Below are positions 1-9,978 of a stretch of 39,761 nt of DNA, one piece after another. The notes under the pieces were generated by a model, which was not told the origin of the DNA, did no database searches, and was given only the letters and a program-made list of their open reading frames with translations. Where the stretch lies: positions 1-39,761 of the IMG/VR virus record IMGVR_UViG_3300037567_000279; one strand, written 5' to 3'. The position numbers and the translations under genes were made by a program. How positions within the stretch are numbered: the first letter of the stretch is position 1; each line of letters starts with the position of its first letter. Source of the DNA: a virus (taxonomy: Duplodnaviria > Caudoviricetes).

Positions 1-423
1 TGTTGCCTGAGCATCCAGATCGTTAGGATCGTAGTGTGGAAGACCAGGTTGGAAGTTCAGTTCTGCTGTGATGTTGATGTTAGCAGAACCATCAAACGAT
101 GCAGAACCAGACATGTCACCTGTCAAGGTGAAGTTTCTAGCGTTAGCAAGTCTAGTTGAGGTTGCAGCATTACCAATCAGCGTACCAGTGATGGCACCTG
201 CTTCAAAGTTACCATCAGCATCTCTCTTTACAAGAGTATTTGCAATGTTAGAATCTGCTTCTAGCGGTCTCTCATATTTAAGTGAGTTCCATTGTGTAAC
301 GCCATCTCCGATTTTTAATCGAGATGTATCAAGTTCAATGCCCAGTTCTCCCTGTGCAAGGATTGGATTGACGTTTGCCCACTGCTGAGCGCCGTCACGT
401 CTTAATTGGATTCTATTTGCCAT
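1..423 (-). CDS. Tail fibre protein, N-terminal part (continues beyond the window start); Mtd_N/hyaluronidase-N-like attachment domain
   Basis: Not in the ORF track. ATG at 423-421 reads MANRIQLRRDGAQQWANVNPILAQGELGIELDTSRLKIGDGVTQWNSLKYERP...GNAATSTRLANARNFTLTGDMSGSASFDGSANINITA with no stop to position 1. IQLRRD..W...NP.LA.GE.G.E.DT...KIGDG...W..L is a typical phage fibre N-terminal motif. Preceded by a TATAAATA late promoter. Confidence 0.88.
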   Translation of the reverse strand, partial: MANRIQLRRDGAQQWANVNPILAQGELGIELDTSRLKIGDGVTQWNSLKYERPLEADSNIANTLVKRDADGNFEAGAITGTLIGNAATSTRLANARNFTLTGDMSGSASFDGSANINITAELNFQPGLPHYDPNDLDAQAT

Positions 424-461
424 TGCTTATGAACGCTAGCAGGGTCAGGATGTCTCTTGTT

Positions 462-469
462 TATTTATA
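462..469 (-). promoter_or_regulatory. T4-type late promoter (gp55 sigma) TATAAATA upstream of the tail fibre
   Basis: Plus-strand tatttata at 462-469 is a perfect TATAAATA on the minus strand, about 40 nt upstream of the ATG at 423. Confidence 0.85.
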
Positions 470-472
470 CCC

Positions 473-505
473 AAAACAAAAGAGGACCCGAAGGTCCTCT
501 TTTTT
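473..505 (-). terminator. Rho-independent terminator with a cUUCGg tetraloop
   Basis: Minus strand reads AAAAAGAGGACC-TTCG-GGTCCTCT-TTTGTTTT immediately after the TGA of the 73-aa gene. Stem 481-488/493-500, extendable by A/T pairs. A T-tract is present on both strands, so it may be bidirectional. Confidence 0.9.
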
Positions 506-726
506 CATTCTTCGGTTGTTTCAGTTACTTCGGTTGTTTCTTCTTCATCAGGAGGATTCAGATATTCAAGGGTTTCGATAGCACCCATAAGTTTCAAACC
601 AGTTTGTTCATTTTGACGAATCTTTTCTTGCATTTCTTTGGTTTCATTTGCAAGACGATTGTAGCGTTCTTTAAATGTTGCTAGTAGTTCAGCAGCATCT
701 TGAACTTCGGTCACATCAGCAGGCAT
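505..726 (-). CDS. Small acidic coiled-coil hypothetical protein (possible fibre assembly chaperone)
   Basis: 73 aa; SD-like AAGGAG shortly upstream of the ATG; heptad pattern; acidic ET-rich tail; followed by the terminator. Confidence 0.8.
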   Translation of the reverse strand: MPADVTEVQDAAELLATFKERYNRLANETKEMQEKIRQNEQTGLKLMGAIETLEYLNPPDEEETTEVTETTEE

Positions 727-729
727 CAG

Positions 730-978
730 TTACTCTCCTTTGTTAATTAATTGTATAAGTAGACTTTTAATGTCGGACACATCAGATTTTAATTCATTTA
801 CCTCTGTTTGTAAAGTGGTAAACTCATTTTTCTTACGCTGTCGTTCCGTATACGACTGCATATATTTATCATAGATATCTCTGTCCCGTAGGAGGACGGC
901 ATTGGAATCTTTATCTCTAAAAAGTCCTCTGTTATCGTCCCCCTCGACAGGGATGTATTTTGGAATTTCATTCCTCAT
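730..978 (-). CDS. Hypothetical protein with a C-terminal coiled coil
   Basis: 82 aa; ATGA overlap with the upstream 2476-aa gene. The motif V.G...L.RD..SNA and the C-terminus ELKSDVSDIKSLLIQL resemble small genes that follow the VrlC-like gene in T4-like cyanophages (recalled, not searched). Confidence 0.8.
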   Translation of the reverse strand: MRNEIPKYIPVEGDDNRGLFRDKDSNAVLLRDRDIYDKYMQSYTERQRKKNEFTTLQTEVNELKSDVSDIKSLLIQLINKGE

Positions 979-3900
979 GATGCAAATGCAATTGCTCGAA
1001 GGTCTTTGATTAGTGGCACTTTTGCTTGGTTCTTAGACTTCATCACAATCTTGACTTGGAATGCTTGGAATTCCTCACCATCAACTGTGTATTCAAAGTC
1101 TTCCCACTCATTCTCACTCACATTAGTTGCACCAATTTCTGGTACAGGGATCTTGATAAATCCAATATCACTCATCTGCTTCTCGGAACCAGGTTTCTGG
1201 ATACGATAGTAAACATCGATATTGGAATCACCATACCTTTGCATGGAGATCATCAAACGAATGGATCTTGAAACGTTAGCAAGTCTTGCGACTCTTGTCA
1301 AGTATACTGCATCATTTTGATCACCATAAGGTAGTGTAGATACATCACCTTGTGGGTTGATCTCTGATTGAATACCCAACACCTGAGCACCACCTTCCCA
1401 GGAATTAATCCTGTTAGATGTTGTGATGACAGATACGCGGTCAAGGTCAACGATAGGTGACAAGTTATTAAGACTACTGTTCATATTAACTTTCAATGTC
1501 AATGACTTGTTACCTTCAAGTTTGTTGTCTTCATTCAACTGTGAAGCAATGATTCTAGGAGTCTCATAGTAGTTTTCTTCATTCAGTTGGATCTCATCAT
1601 AAACACCGTTATTAACGAACGATGCCTGGTCAGCGATACTAGAACCATTACCAATTGATGTGCCAGATGTTGTATTCAAACTAGGAACAATAGGTGTTTC
1701 CTTGAATTGCATGATCTGAATGGTAGGTGTGATAAGTTCAAACGGAACGTTTTTAGTCGCCTGAACATTATAACCACCAGTCCTGATACCAATACTAGCA
1801 ACAGATGTAGTTACAATTGTGTAAGAGTCAATAGTAGGATCTTGAATTGCAGTGTGGGTTTTGTTAATTTCGGTTAGTGGAACACCATCTAAGTTGTAAC
1901 ACTCAACCGTACTTCCTGTTCCCCACTCATTAGCAGCAGTACCACCAGCACCCCTACCAGAAGGAGCAACAGTGATTGTTTGACCATCATCACTAATAGC
2001 AGAGTATGCAATGATTTCACTAGGAAGTAATTCACTAATGTCATTCCATGCTTCTGTACCACCATCAGTACCAGGGATTGATCCCACAGGTTGAATGGTA
2101 AACATACCACCAGTAATCTTCACATAACCAGGATTAGTTGTACTAATTGGTCTACCATTAACGATCTTATGGAAAGATCCAGCGTTACTAACACCGATGC
2201 TAGTTGCAACAGTAGAAAGTGATTGTGTCAATTCTGTTCCTGGAATCTCAGATGAAACGCCAGTAATCTTAACATTATTAGATCTATTATGCATACCGTG
2301 GTTAGGATGAATAACAACAACCTTCTTATCTTCTGTACGGATAGTAGGTGTGATTGCAGGATAACCAATATAAGAGTCACCTGAATATACAGCGTCGGAA
2401 GCAGCATATTGTGCCTGGACACTACCACCAGCAATGTTCAACTGTTCACCGTTGGCATCAAATGCCTTATCGACATACTTAGCAATGATAGTTCCATTAC
2501 CAGTAGCATCAAACGATGTAATAGTAGCAGTAGCACCACTGTTAGCACCAACCAGAGTATCACCAGAAGCAGGTGTACCATTCGTTGGTGTTGATGATAG
2601 TGTAAATGTAACAACTGACTGTGAAGACTTCAATGCTTGGAATGGATTTCCATTACCATCAAGGAAACCTTGCTCAAAGGTACCAATAATACCCTTAACT
2701 GTAAGAATTTGCGGGTTAGATGTAGAGTCAAACTCTTCAATAGTTGCCTCAGCATTAGATGGTGACTGAATAATACGAGCACCAATTGTGTAGTTGTAAC
2801 TGTTACCTGTTGGCAGTTGCAACTGTTGCTTAGGTTCAACTGTAATCATAGGATTGACAGTTAGTGAACTAATACCGTCATTACCAGCACCGAGTTCAGA
2901 GTTAGTGAATGTTGCTGTACCAATGACCGAGGTATTAAATGATGCACGGAATAGGTTGAACTTTAAATCTTCATACTGATCAGCAGTCCATGTAGATGCG
3001 TTCTGTGATTTGAAGAGCACACCAGCATAAGGCTGTTCGGAGATCGTTCTTGTACCAGTGATATCAATATCACCCATACGTGAGATCCATACCTTATATT
3101 CGTTAGAGTCGGAGAACAGAACGAAGCAATGCTCTTCTGATTCTGGGATGTATACAGGTGCAGGGAACGTAAATCTAGTTGAAATAGATGCGTTATCAGA
3201 TACCTCAACCTGAGATGGTTTCAGAGTAACGTCAGAGAAAGGTAGGATGTCCTTAGTAGGATATCCATTTTCCATAGGACGGATCTGCATTGAGATGGGA
3301 ATCTTGGTATCTTTTGTACCGAAGAAGATGTCAACACCTGTCACAAATGTACCACCTTGCTCTTCCAGCAAGAATGATTGTGCCAGGGGATCCCACCAAC
3401 CAACTTGACGAGTGTTAGTACGAACAGAACGAACTGTTCTTCTTTGGTTGACAGTATCTCTAACAACTGTTGCGTTACGAACAGCAAGGATATTTTCTTG
3501 TAAAGTGTTTAATGTACCTCTGGCGGTATATTCTGCCTCAGCAGCAGAATCAACGGCACCAGGGAGTCTGCTATCCTGCTCTGAGGAGGATAAACGGAAC
3601 ACTCTCGAACCTGTCGCCCAACGTGGGTTGGAGTTGTTTGCAGGGTTAGGAATGAAGAAGGCACCTTTAATAGAACCAACTAAGTCAGAAAGTAGACGAC
3701 GGTCCTTAACAACTGCACGAGCACCAGAAGTATTACCAACTAATACTTCACCAACTGAGAAGTTACCATAGAAGTTAGGGTTAACAGTAGCAGCAAGAAT
3801 ATTGGTATCGATGTTAATGACAGAAGTCTGTGACGCATAAGAGTCAGGAAGATCATCATTGGTTGCTGAGTATGGATTAGTTACCATATCATTGTTAGGA

Positions 3901-6900
3901 GCAACAACTCTAAACCTACAACCAGATCTCAAACCATAGATTGTCTCACCGATAACAAATGGAGTCTCATTAGTGTTACTATCCTCAGAAGAGTTTTTAA
4001 CAATTTCAATCAACTTAGGGATAACATAATTCTGGATGTTATCGTTATCGAAGAATGCATACATTCTGGTCTTTGGCTTCACGCGCTCAACGTCGAAACC
4101 AACGTTACGAGAGCGGATCCATGGGATGAATGTACTATCGATGACACTATCACCCAAAGAGCGACGGTCAATTCTAGGAACAACTCTAATTCTTGTACCA
4201 GATCTAACCTGACGACGTGTAGTAACAGTGGTCGATCCTTGAAGAATACGTCTAGGAACACCACGAGAGAATGATGTCTCTCTCCATGTTCTTGTATTAC
4301 TTCTACGTGTTCCAGTCCATGCTGTTCTCCAAGAACGCCACTGGACAGGAGCAAAACCATTATTGTTTGTACCAAGTCTTTCACGAGTGGCACGGAAGTT
4401 ACCTTCAATAGTGGTCACACGAGAAGGAACACGACGGGTGTCGGTCCAGTCATCAGATGCAGGAAGGAGATCAATACGACCAATGAATGTAAACACGTTG
4501 AATGGGTTCACATTCTCCAAACGAGATGCATATGGTTGGACAATGATAGCAATCTCTTCATATGGAAGAGTCAGGATGTTGGCACCCTTTCTATCACCCA
4601 ATGCAGGGTTCTCTCTCCAATACACCAAGTTGGAAGAAAGTGCTTGACTATACAGTAATGAAACGTTAGAAGTATAGTGTGATGGACGGAGGATGCCCTC
4701 AGTAAAGTCAAGAGAACACTTATAATCTTGGTTCTCAGTGTCAGAAGTAGAGTGGTCGGTGAAGTCATCCACCAAGAAACCATTCTTCAATCTATCAAAA
4801 CCATCAGAGTCATATGCTTTCGCATTTCTAGCATCTGATTCTAGGAGTGACAAAGATGTATAGTATTCCAGAGACTGTAATCTACGATCCATGTTACCGA
4901 TGTCTTCCATCGTGTAACGACGTTGTTGGTGTAGGGTGATGACAATATCATCTTCTACATCATACACATAGGGTTCATATCTAATCTTCGCCAATAACAT
5001 AGCATTATCAAGGTTATCTGCTTCTGCTGGATCCTCCGAAGGAACACCCTGAGAAAGTTTCAGATCACCATCATGCGCCATGTATAGTTTGTCCTGACGT
5101 GGAAGATAGTATTCGTAATCCAAACGAATCTGATCTTCCACCTTAGGAATATTAAAGATGGTTGAACCACCTGCACCACCTGCCGATGTAAACACACGAG
5201 ATGGGAAGTCCAAAGACTTACAGTTGACATAATAAGGTTGTTCAACAGTACCACTACCTGATGCTAGTTCGCCAACAGCAGGACGGAAGTCCAGCGTGTC
5301 AGTCAGATACTGTGTGTTACGATCGCCACGAATTCTAGGAATCTCTGAGAATCCAATACCAGTGTATGACTGGTTGGTGAAGTAATCCCCTGATGCTTCA
5401 TGAATGAAGTAGTCAAATACAACTGCTAACTTACGCTTAGGTTCTGATGTACCTGCCTTTCTCACCATCTTCGACACACTGTAATAGTATGACGTGGTGT
5501 TTGTATCTAAGTAGAAGTTACTGGTAATATTTTTAGATCCTCTTTCTAGCGAACCCTCACTATCATCAATAACACCAACTAATGCATTAAGATCATTATC
5601 AAAACCATCGATAGTTTCACCAGTCTGGAAGAATTCTGTACTTACAGGAACAACATATAGTCTATTGTTATTAGAGTTGAATGCTACAACTCTTGCTCTG
5701 GCATTGGATGTTCTACCAACAACCACAGAACCATTGTCATAGAAGACGTTCTCTGTCAGAGTAAGATAAGGAACTTTTGCATCCTCATCTCCTTCTGACT
5801 CAAATACTGCATGTAGTTCATAAACATCATTCAATGCAAATGAAACCTCTTCATCTTCAATACGTGTTCCATACAGGTTACCATATGCCAAACCATAGTT
5901 TGTCACATCATTTTGATTTCTAGTGCGAATGACCTTCATGGTCCTCATCTTCGCAGCAGTCTTAATCTTCTTGGATACCGTGTTGACAGATACAGCAGCA
6001 GTCAATGTAACATTAGAGATGTTATTAACACTACCACCAGAACCATCATTCAGACCAGTAACCTGCAATGACTGTCTATTAGCACCAAAAGATACTCCAA
6101 TGGTTGGAGACTGCTTTTCATATTCTTCTTCAATGTCTAGGTTAGTACCAATTGTCCATCCATATCCAGTGTTATCATTAGCACCCTGAGTGATTGTGAG
6201 GTTATAGTTTTCACCATCAAGAGTAGTAAACTGTTCATTTTCTGGCAGTGTAAATGTTACATCACCAGAGGACAGAGGTTTGTTTGCAAACGTTTTGATA
6301 ACAGTAAACGATTCATCGGAGACTGACTTGATAGCACGTTTTGGCATATCAATAGCAAGTTCCCCATCTCTATTCGCCTTTTCATAGAAGTAAGGACGTA
6401 ATCGAGTGAACTGAGTTGCAGGATATTCTGCATCAGTAATACTACCCTTAGTTAAAGTAGTGTCTAGTTTTGCTTCCTGTGTACCAAAGTCAAACACTGG
6501 GGTCAAACCAGTATTTTTTCTGTTGTTAGTTGTAAATGCAATACTAGTAGGATCGATACGCTTCACACGCAGTGAAGTAGTACCTTTCTTATCAGTATTA
6601 GTTGGTGAAATTACATCACCAGCACGAAGGTCACCTGAAAACTCAGTATCAAAACCTTGAATATCTTGTCCAGATGCTTGGTCAACAGTGATAGTCTTAC
6701 CTATCAGTGACAGTGATTCTGTCAGAGCAAGTGATGCTGTGAATACTACGGTAGCATTACTGCTTGACTCATAACCAACAACCTGACGAACATCAGATCT
6801 ATCATAAGAATAAGATGCATTCAATACATCTAGGACACGACCGTCACGCTCAATAACTTCACCATTCTGGAAACGTCCAGATACTTGGTGAACAAGTGCA

Positions 6901-8405
6901 TAGTCAGCAGCAGCAGAATATACGTATCCTCTGGCACCAGAAGAACGACCAACCAGCATCTCACCATCGATGATGGTCTGTGAAGATGCAAAGTTCAGAG
7001 TAGTGAACATCTGAACGTCAAAGACAAACAAGTTATACTTGTTGCCATCTTTTTCAAGTTGAAGAATTCTTGCCTTACCAATCAAATTACCTTTGACTGT
7101 ATTAGCAGGTCCAGTTCCCAACCAATCATCTCTAAGGTCAATAGTCTGATAACATTCAGTTACGTTCTCACCTGAGATACGAGGCCAACCCCAAATGTCA
7201 TACACTTCCACTCTTTGTGAGAGATCAACAGGGACAATCTGGTTATTACGTCCTACAAAGGTACGTGGTTTTGGAGTGTCAACGTAAGTAGGTGCCAGAA
7301 TTTGTGTTCTATAACCTTTTACATATGCTCTACCAGGTCCAACTTCAAGAACAGCAAAGTTCTCAGATGCTGCTTGCCCATCAGAAGAAATCTGACCAGG
7401 TGTATACACACCGTTGTTGAAATTATCATTTAGGTGTTCTCTTGCACGGACATCGAACGTATCGACAACGTAGTCACCATGCGTTTCATAGGTTCTACGA
7501 GCAATCGATTTCTCAATCTCGTTATACTCTGTACGATCAACGAAGTTCTCGACGGTTGAATTTCTGATTCGCAGAAGTTCAATGAAGTTCTTGTCTGTCT
7601 CATCGTTGATGGGTTTCTTGACAAGTTGAGTCTTAATTCTGAATCGGTGAGCACCAGGAGCAGAGTAGTTGGACGCACCAATTGCATTATCGGTGAGAGA
7701 CGGGTCATCCTCAGGTGTAATAATTGACTCGCTAACCTCGAATCCAACTCTGTATGATGGGTTGTTTGTATACTGGTCAAGGATGATGTACTCGGAAGGA
7801 ATGTCAACGAAGTGTCCACGGATAAAGTAAACACCTTCGCTAATGTAAGCAGTAGAACCGATAAGGGCGGCCTCTACTGGAAGCATCTGAGCAAAGGGTG
7901 ATCCAGTTTCGATCAGGGTGTTACCGAAAGTAATCTCCTGTTCAGCAACTAACTGTTCGTTGTTCTGGAATTTCTTTGTCGTTACATCAGATGTGGTATC
8001 ACCTGATTCAATATACTTAATATAGAATGTAATGTATCCACGCTCACTTTGAGTGGCAGGAATGGAATACAATACCTTTGCTTTAATACCAGTGGTCAGA
8101 CCTTCAATGATCTTACCTTGTAGTTGGTTTCTATATGTCTCAACGTCTACACCCAGGAACGCTTGCTGGATTAAGATACATTCCACGTTCAAGTCATAAC
8201 CGACCTGACCAGGGATGACCATCGCACCTTCTTTGAATAGGTGCTGCCCCATTGCCTCGACCTGATTTTGCAGGATCGATTGCATTGTAGTAAGTTCCCT
8301 CGCCTGGATAGGAAATCCTGGTCGGAAGAGAACTCTGTAAAAGTTTTTATCCTTATCGAAGTCATCGAAATAAGGAGAAATGTTTAGGTTAGTATTCTGG
8401 GGCAT
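975..8405 (-). CDS. Large virion structural protein, VrlC/DUF4815-like
   Basis: 2476 aa. N-terminus MPQNTNLNISPYFDDFDKDKNFYRVLFRPGFPIQARELTTMQSILQNQ; internal RRYTMEDIG..DRR...LEYYTSLSLLE, RLKNGFLVDDF, WDPLAQSF and LFKSQNASTWT motifs; C-terminus KDLRAIAFA; lies directly downstream of gp8. Confidence 0.88.
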   Translation of the reverse strand: MPQNTNLNISPYFDDFDKDKNFYRVLFRPGFPIQARELTTMQSILQNQVEAMGQHLFKEGAMVIPGQVGYDLNVECILIQQAFLGVDVETYRNQLQGKIIEGLTTGIKAKVLYSIPATQSERGYITFYIKYIESGDTTSDVTTKKFQNNEQLVAEQEITFGNTLIETGSPFAQMLPVEAALIGSTAYISEGVYFIRGHFVDIPSEYIILDQYTNNPSYRVGFEVSESIITPEDDPSLTDNAIGASNYSAPGAHRFRIKTQLVKKPINDETDKNFIELLRIRNSTVENFVDRTEYNEIEKSIARRTYETHGDYVVDTFDVRAREHLNDNFNNGVYTPGQISSDGQAASENFAVLEVGPGRAYVKGYRTQILAPTYVDTPKPRTFVGRNNQIVPVDLSQRVEVYDIWGWPRISGENVTECYQTIDLRDDWLGTGPANTVKGNLIGKARILQLEKDGNKYNLFVFDVQMFTTLNFASSQTIIDGEMLVGRSSGARGYVYSAAADYALVHQVSGRFQNGEVIERDGRVLDVLNASYSYDRSDVRQVVGYESSSNATVVFTASLALTESLSLIGKTITVDQASGQDIQGFDTEFSGDLRAGDVISPTNTDKKGTTSLRVKRIDPTSIAFTTNNRKNTGLTPVFDFGTQEAKLDTTLTKGSITDAEYPATQFTRLRPYFYEKANRDGELAIDMPKRAIKSVSDESFTVIKTFANKPLSSGDVTFTLPENEQFTTLDGENYNLTITQGANDNTGYGWTIGTNLDIEEEYEKQSPTIGVSFGANRQSLQVTGLNDGSGGSVNNISNVTLTAAVSVNTVSKKIKTAAKMRTMKVIRTRNQNDVTNYGLAYGNLYGTRIEDEEVSFALNDVYELHAVFESEGDEDAKVPYLTLTENVFYDNGSVVVGRTSNARARVVAFNSNNNRLYVVPVSTEFFQTGETIDGFDNDLNALVGVIDDSEGSLERGSKNITSNFYLDTNTTSYYYSVSKMVRKAGTSEPKRKLAVVFDYFIHEASGDYFTNQSYTGIGFSEIPRIRGDRNTQYLTDTLDFRPAVGELASGSGTVEQPYYVNCKSLDFPSRVFTSAGGAGGSTIFNIPKVEDQIRLDYEYYLPRQDKLYMAHDGDLKLSQGVPSEDPAEADNLDNAMLLAKIRYEPYVYDVEDDIVITLHQQRRYTMEDIGNMDRRLQSLEYYTSLSLLESDARNAKAYDSDGFDRLKNGFLVDDFTDHSTSDTENQDYKCSLDFTEGILRPSHYTSNVSLLYSQALSSNLVYWRENPALGDRKGANILTLPYEEIAIIVQPYASRLENVNPFNVFTFIGRIDLLPASDDWTDTRRVPSRVTTIEGNFRATRERLGTNNNGFAPVQWRSWRTAWTGTRRSNTRTWRETSFSRGVPRRILQGSTTVTTRRQVRSGTRIRVVPRIDRRSLGDSVIDSTFIPWIRSRNVGFDVERVKPKTRMYAFFDNDNIQNYVIPKLIEIVKNSSEDSNTNETPFVIGETIYGLRSGCRFRVVAPNNDMVTNPYSATNDDLPDSYASQTSVINIDTNILAATVNPNFYGNFSVGEVLVGNTSGARAVVKDRRLLSDLVGSIKGAFFIPNPANNSNPRWATGSRVFRLSSSEQDSRLPGAVDSAAEAEYTARGTLNTLQENILAVRNATVVRDTVNQRRTVRSVRTNTRQVGWWDPLAQSFLLEEQGGTFVTGVDIFFGTKDTKIPISMQIRPMENGYPTKDILPFSDVTLKPSQVEVSDNASISTRFTFPAPVYIPESEEHCFVLFSDSNEYKVWISRMGDIDITGTRTISEQPYAGVLFKSQNASTWTADQYEDLKFNLFRASFNTSVIGTATFTNSELGAGNDGISSLTVNPMITVEPKQQLQLPTGNSYNYTIGARIIQSPSNAEATIEEFDSTSNPQILTVKGIIGTFEQGFLDGNGNPFQALKSSQSVVTFTLSSTPTNGTPASGDTLVGANSGATATITSFDATGNGTIIAKYVDKAFDANGEQLNIAGGSVQAQYAASDAVYSGDSYIGYPAITPTIRTEDKKVVVIHPNHGMHNRSNNVKITGVSSEIPGTELTQSLSTVATSIGVSNAGSFHKIVNGRPISTTNPGYVKITGGMFTIQPVGSIPGTDGGTEAWNDISELLPSEIIAYSAISDDGQTITVAPSGRGAGGTAANEWGTGSTVECYNLDGVPLTEINKTHTAIQDPTIDSYTIVTTSVASIGIRTGGYNVQATKNVPFELITPTIQIMQFKETPIVPSLNTTSGTSIGNGSSIADQASFVNNGVYDEIQLNEENYYETPRIIASQLNEDNKLEGNKSLTLKVNMNSSLNNLSPIVDLDRVSVITTSNRINSWEGGAQVLGIQSEINPQGDVSTLPYGDQNDAVYLTRVARLANVSRSIRLMISMQRYGDSNIDVYYRIQKPGSEKQMSDIGFIKIPVPEIGATNVSENEWEDFEYTVDGEEFQAFQVKIVMKSKNQAKVPLIKDLRAIAFAS

Positions 8406-8408
8406 TTC

Positions 8409-9944
8409 TTAGAACTCGATTACGATTTTGATGTCTTCGATTTGATCGCCAGCACGAGAGATCGCGCCTCTATTATCAATATATATGATCTCGCCCGAGT
8501 TGGGTTGAATCTCAGATTTCGCATAACCATTGGTAAATGACATACCCAAGTCATACTCAGTGTTGTTAATAACACGAGTAGAGATACCAGACACAACAGG
8601 GAAGTTAATGTCGGGGTCTGCCGTTGTACCAGAGGTAGAACCTGTTACAGGGTTCCCTCCTTCAAACTCAGTGAGGTTACCAGTAATCTCAGGGAACACA
8701 CCATCAATTCTGTTCTGATAATATTTCAGAACTTTGGTTGTGTTATTCCAAGAAATCACTCGACCACGAGCAGTCACTTGCTGACCACCAATAGTTCTAG
8801 ACTGAGTGATGATCTCGTCAGTTTGGAACTGACCAGTGAATGTGGGAGAGAAGATTACTGCCTTTGTTGCAGACAAAGTAATCGCTGATGTTAGTTCGGT
8901 TGTTCCATACTGATATGGGTTAATCACCAGACCAATACGACGGTAGTCGTTATCAGTAGGGAAGTCACCTGACCCTTCATCGTAGGTGAACTTGGTGTTG
9001 ATCATACATCTGTAACCACCCAGTTCCTTACCAGGATCTGAACCATGTCCAGTGTCGGGAGGAATGATAACGTCAATAGCAGCACCAGTACCTGTACCAG
9101 CACCAATACCGTTGACTTCATCAATAACAACCTTACCGAAGGTGTATCCAGAACCACCAGAAGTCACTGTGGCAGAAACAATCTTACCACCGTCAACCAC
9201 CAAAGAAACACGACCACCAACGCCATCGCCTTTGATGGGAACGTTCTCATAGGTACCGTTGTTATAACCAGTACCAGATGCCTGAATCACAACACTGTCA
9301 ATCTCACCACCAACAGCATCACCAGTCACAGCGACATCGCTGAGAACAGGCATATAGTCATTGGAGAAGAATTTCAAAACTTGACCCACAGGGATCGTAT
9401 AAAGATACTTCCAACGGTAACCATCACTAGTTGTGATAATTGAAGTGGAGGTACCAGTAGGTTCAACAGTAGAAGGTTTACCGTTAGGATCGCTAGGTGA
9501 TGTACCGTTATAGATGCACTTATATACCTGATACTGCGAGTTAACGACGTAGAAATCTGCGTCGTATAGTTTCGTAGCACCAGAAGATGCCGTCTTCGTC
9601 GAAGAGTAATCATGACGATACATATCATAAACGTAACCCAAACCACCAGTGGTTTGTTCGGGTGGAGTCCAATCGATACGACGTACAACCTGAATTGTGT
9701 CGCTCGCAAGCACACGTTTCAGTGAAATCATATCTGAAAATGTGTCCGAAAACTCTTGGAACGAATCCACGGGAGTCGGAGCAGCATTTTCATTATCCCA
9801 CTCTTGGGGGCGACCAATAAACACATACAGTCGATCTCTCGACGTACCTGCAACTAGGTCGCTCTGCGTAGGATCAGCACCTTCCAAAGATTTAATAAAT
9901 CTTTTTGCGGTGAAAATTCTAAATTGATCTGTTAGAAGTGCCAT
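8409..9944 (-). CDS. gp8: Baseplate wedge subunit gp8
   Basis: 511 aa. MALLTDQFRI, LYVFIGRPQEW, YVVNSQYQVYKCIYNG, DGYRWKYLYTI and the C-terminal SGEIIYIDNR..I.R..DQIEDIKIVIEF are characteristic of T4-like gp8. Confidence 0.92.
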   Translation of the reverse strand: MALLTDQFRIFTAKRFIKSLEGADPTQSDLVAGTSRDRLYVFIGRPQEWDNENAAPTPVDSFQEFSDTFSDMISLKRVLASDTIQVVRRIDWTPPEQTTGGLGYVYDMYRHDYSSTKTASSGATKLYDADFYVVNSQYQVYKCIYNGTSPSDPNGKPSTVEPTGTSTSIITTSDGYRWKYLYTIPVGQVLKFFSNDYMPVLSDVAVTGDAVGGEIDSVVIQASGTGYNNGTYENVPIKGDGVGGRVSLVVDGGKIVSATVTSGGSGYTFGKVVIDEVNGIGAGTGTGAAIDVIIPPDTGHGSDPGKELGGYRCMINTKFTYDEGSGDFPTDNDYRRIGLVINPYQYGTTELTSAITLSATKAVIFSPTFTGQFQTDEIITQSRTIGGQQVTARGRVISWNNTTKVLKYYQNRIDGVFPEITGNLTEFEGGNPVTGSTSGTTADPDINFPVVSGISTRVINNTEYDLGMSFTNGYAKSEIQPNSGEIIYIDNRGAISRAGDQIEDIKIVIEF

Positions 9945-9966
9945 CTTTAAGCAGTTACCTTCCTTT

Positions 9967-9973
9967 TATTTAG
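9967..9973 (-). promoter_or_regulatory. Probable late promoter (CTAAATA variant) upstream of gp8
   Basis: Plus-strand tatttag lies in the short intergenic gap, followed on the minus strand by SD-like AAGGAAGGT and the ATG at 9944. Confidence 0.6.
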
Positions 9974-9978
9974 GGGAC

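Noticed and set aside
1-423. Diversity-generating retroelement suggested by the Mtd_N-like domain
   Set aside because: This N-terminal motif is common in ordinary fibres. No reverse transcriptase or TR/VR repeat pair is seen in the window.
863-870. GATAAATA inside the 82-aa gene as a late promoter
   Set aside because: Imperfect match within coding sequence, about 140 nt from the next start; likely chance in AT-rich DNA.
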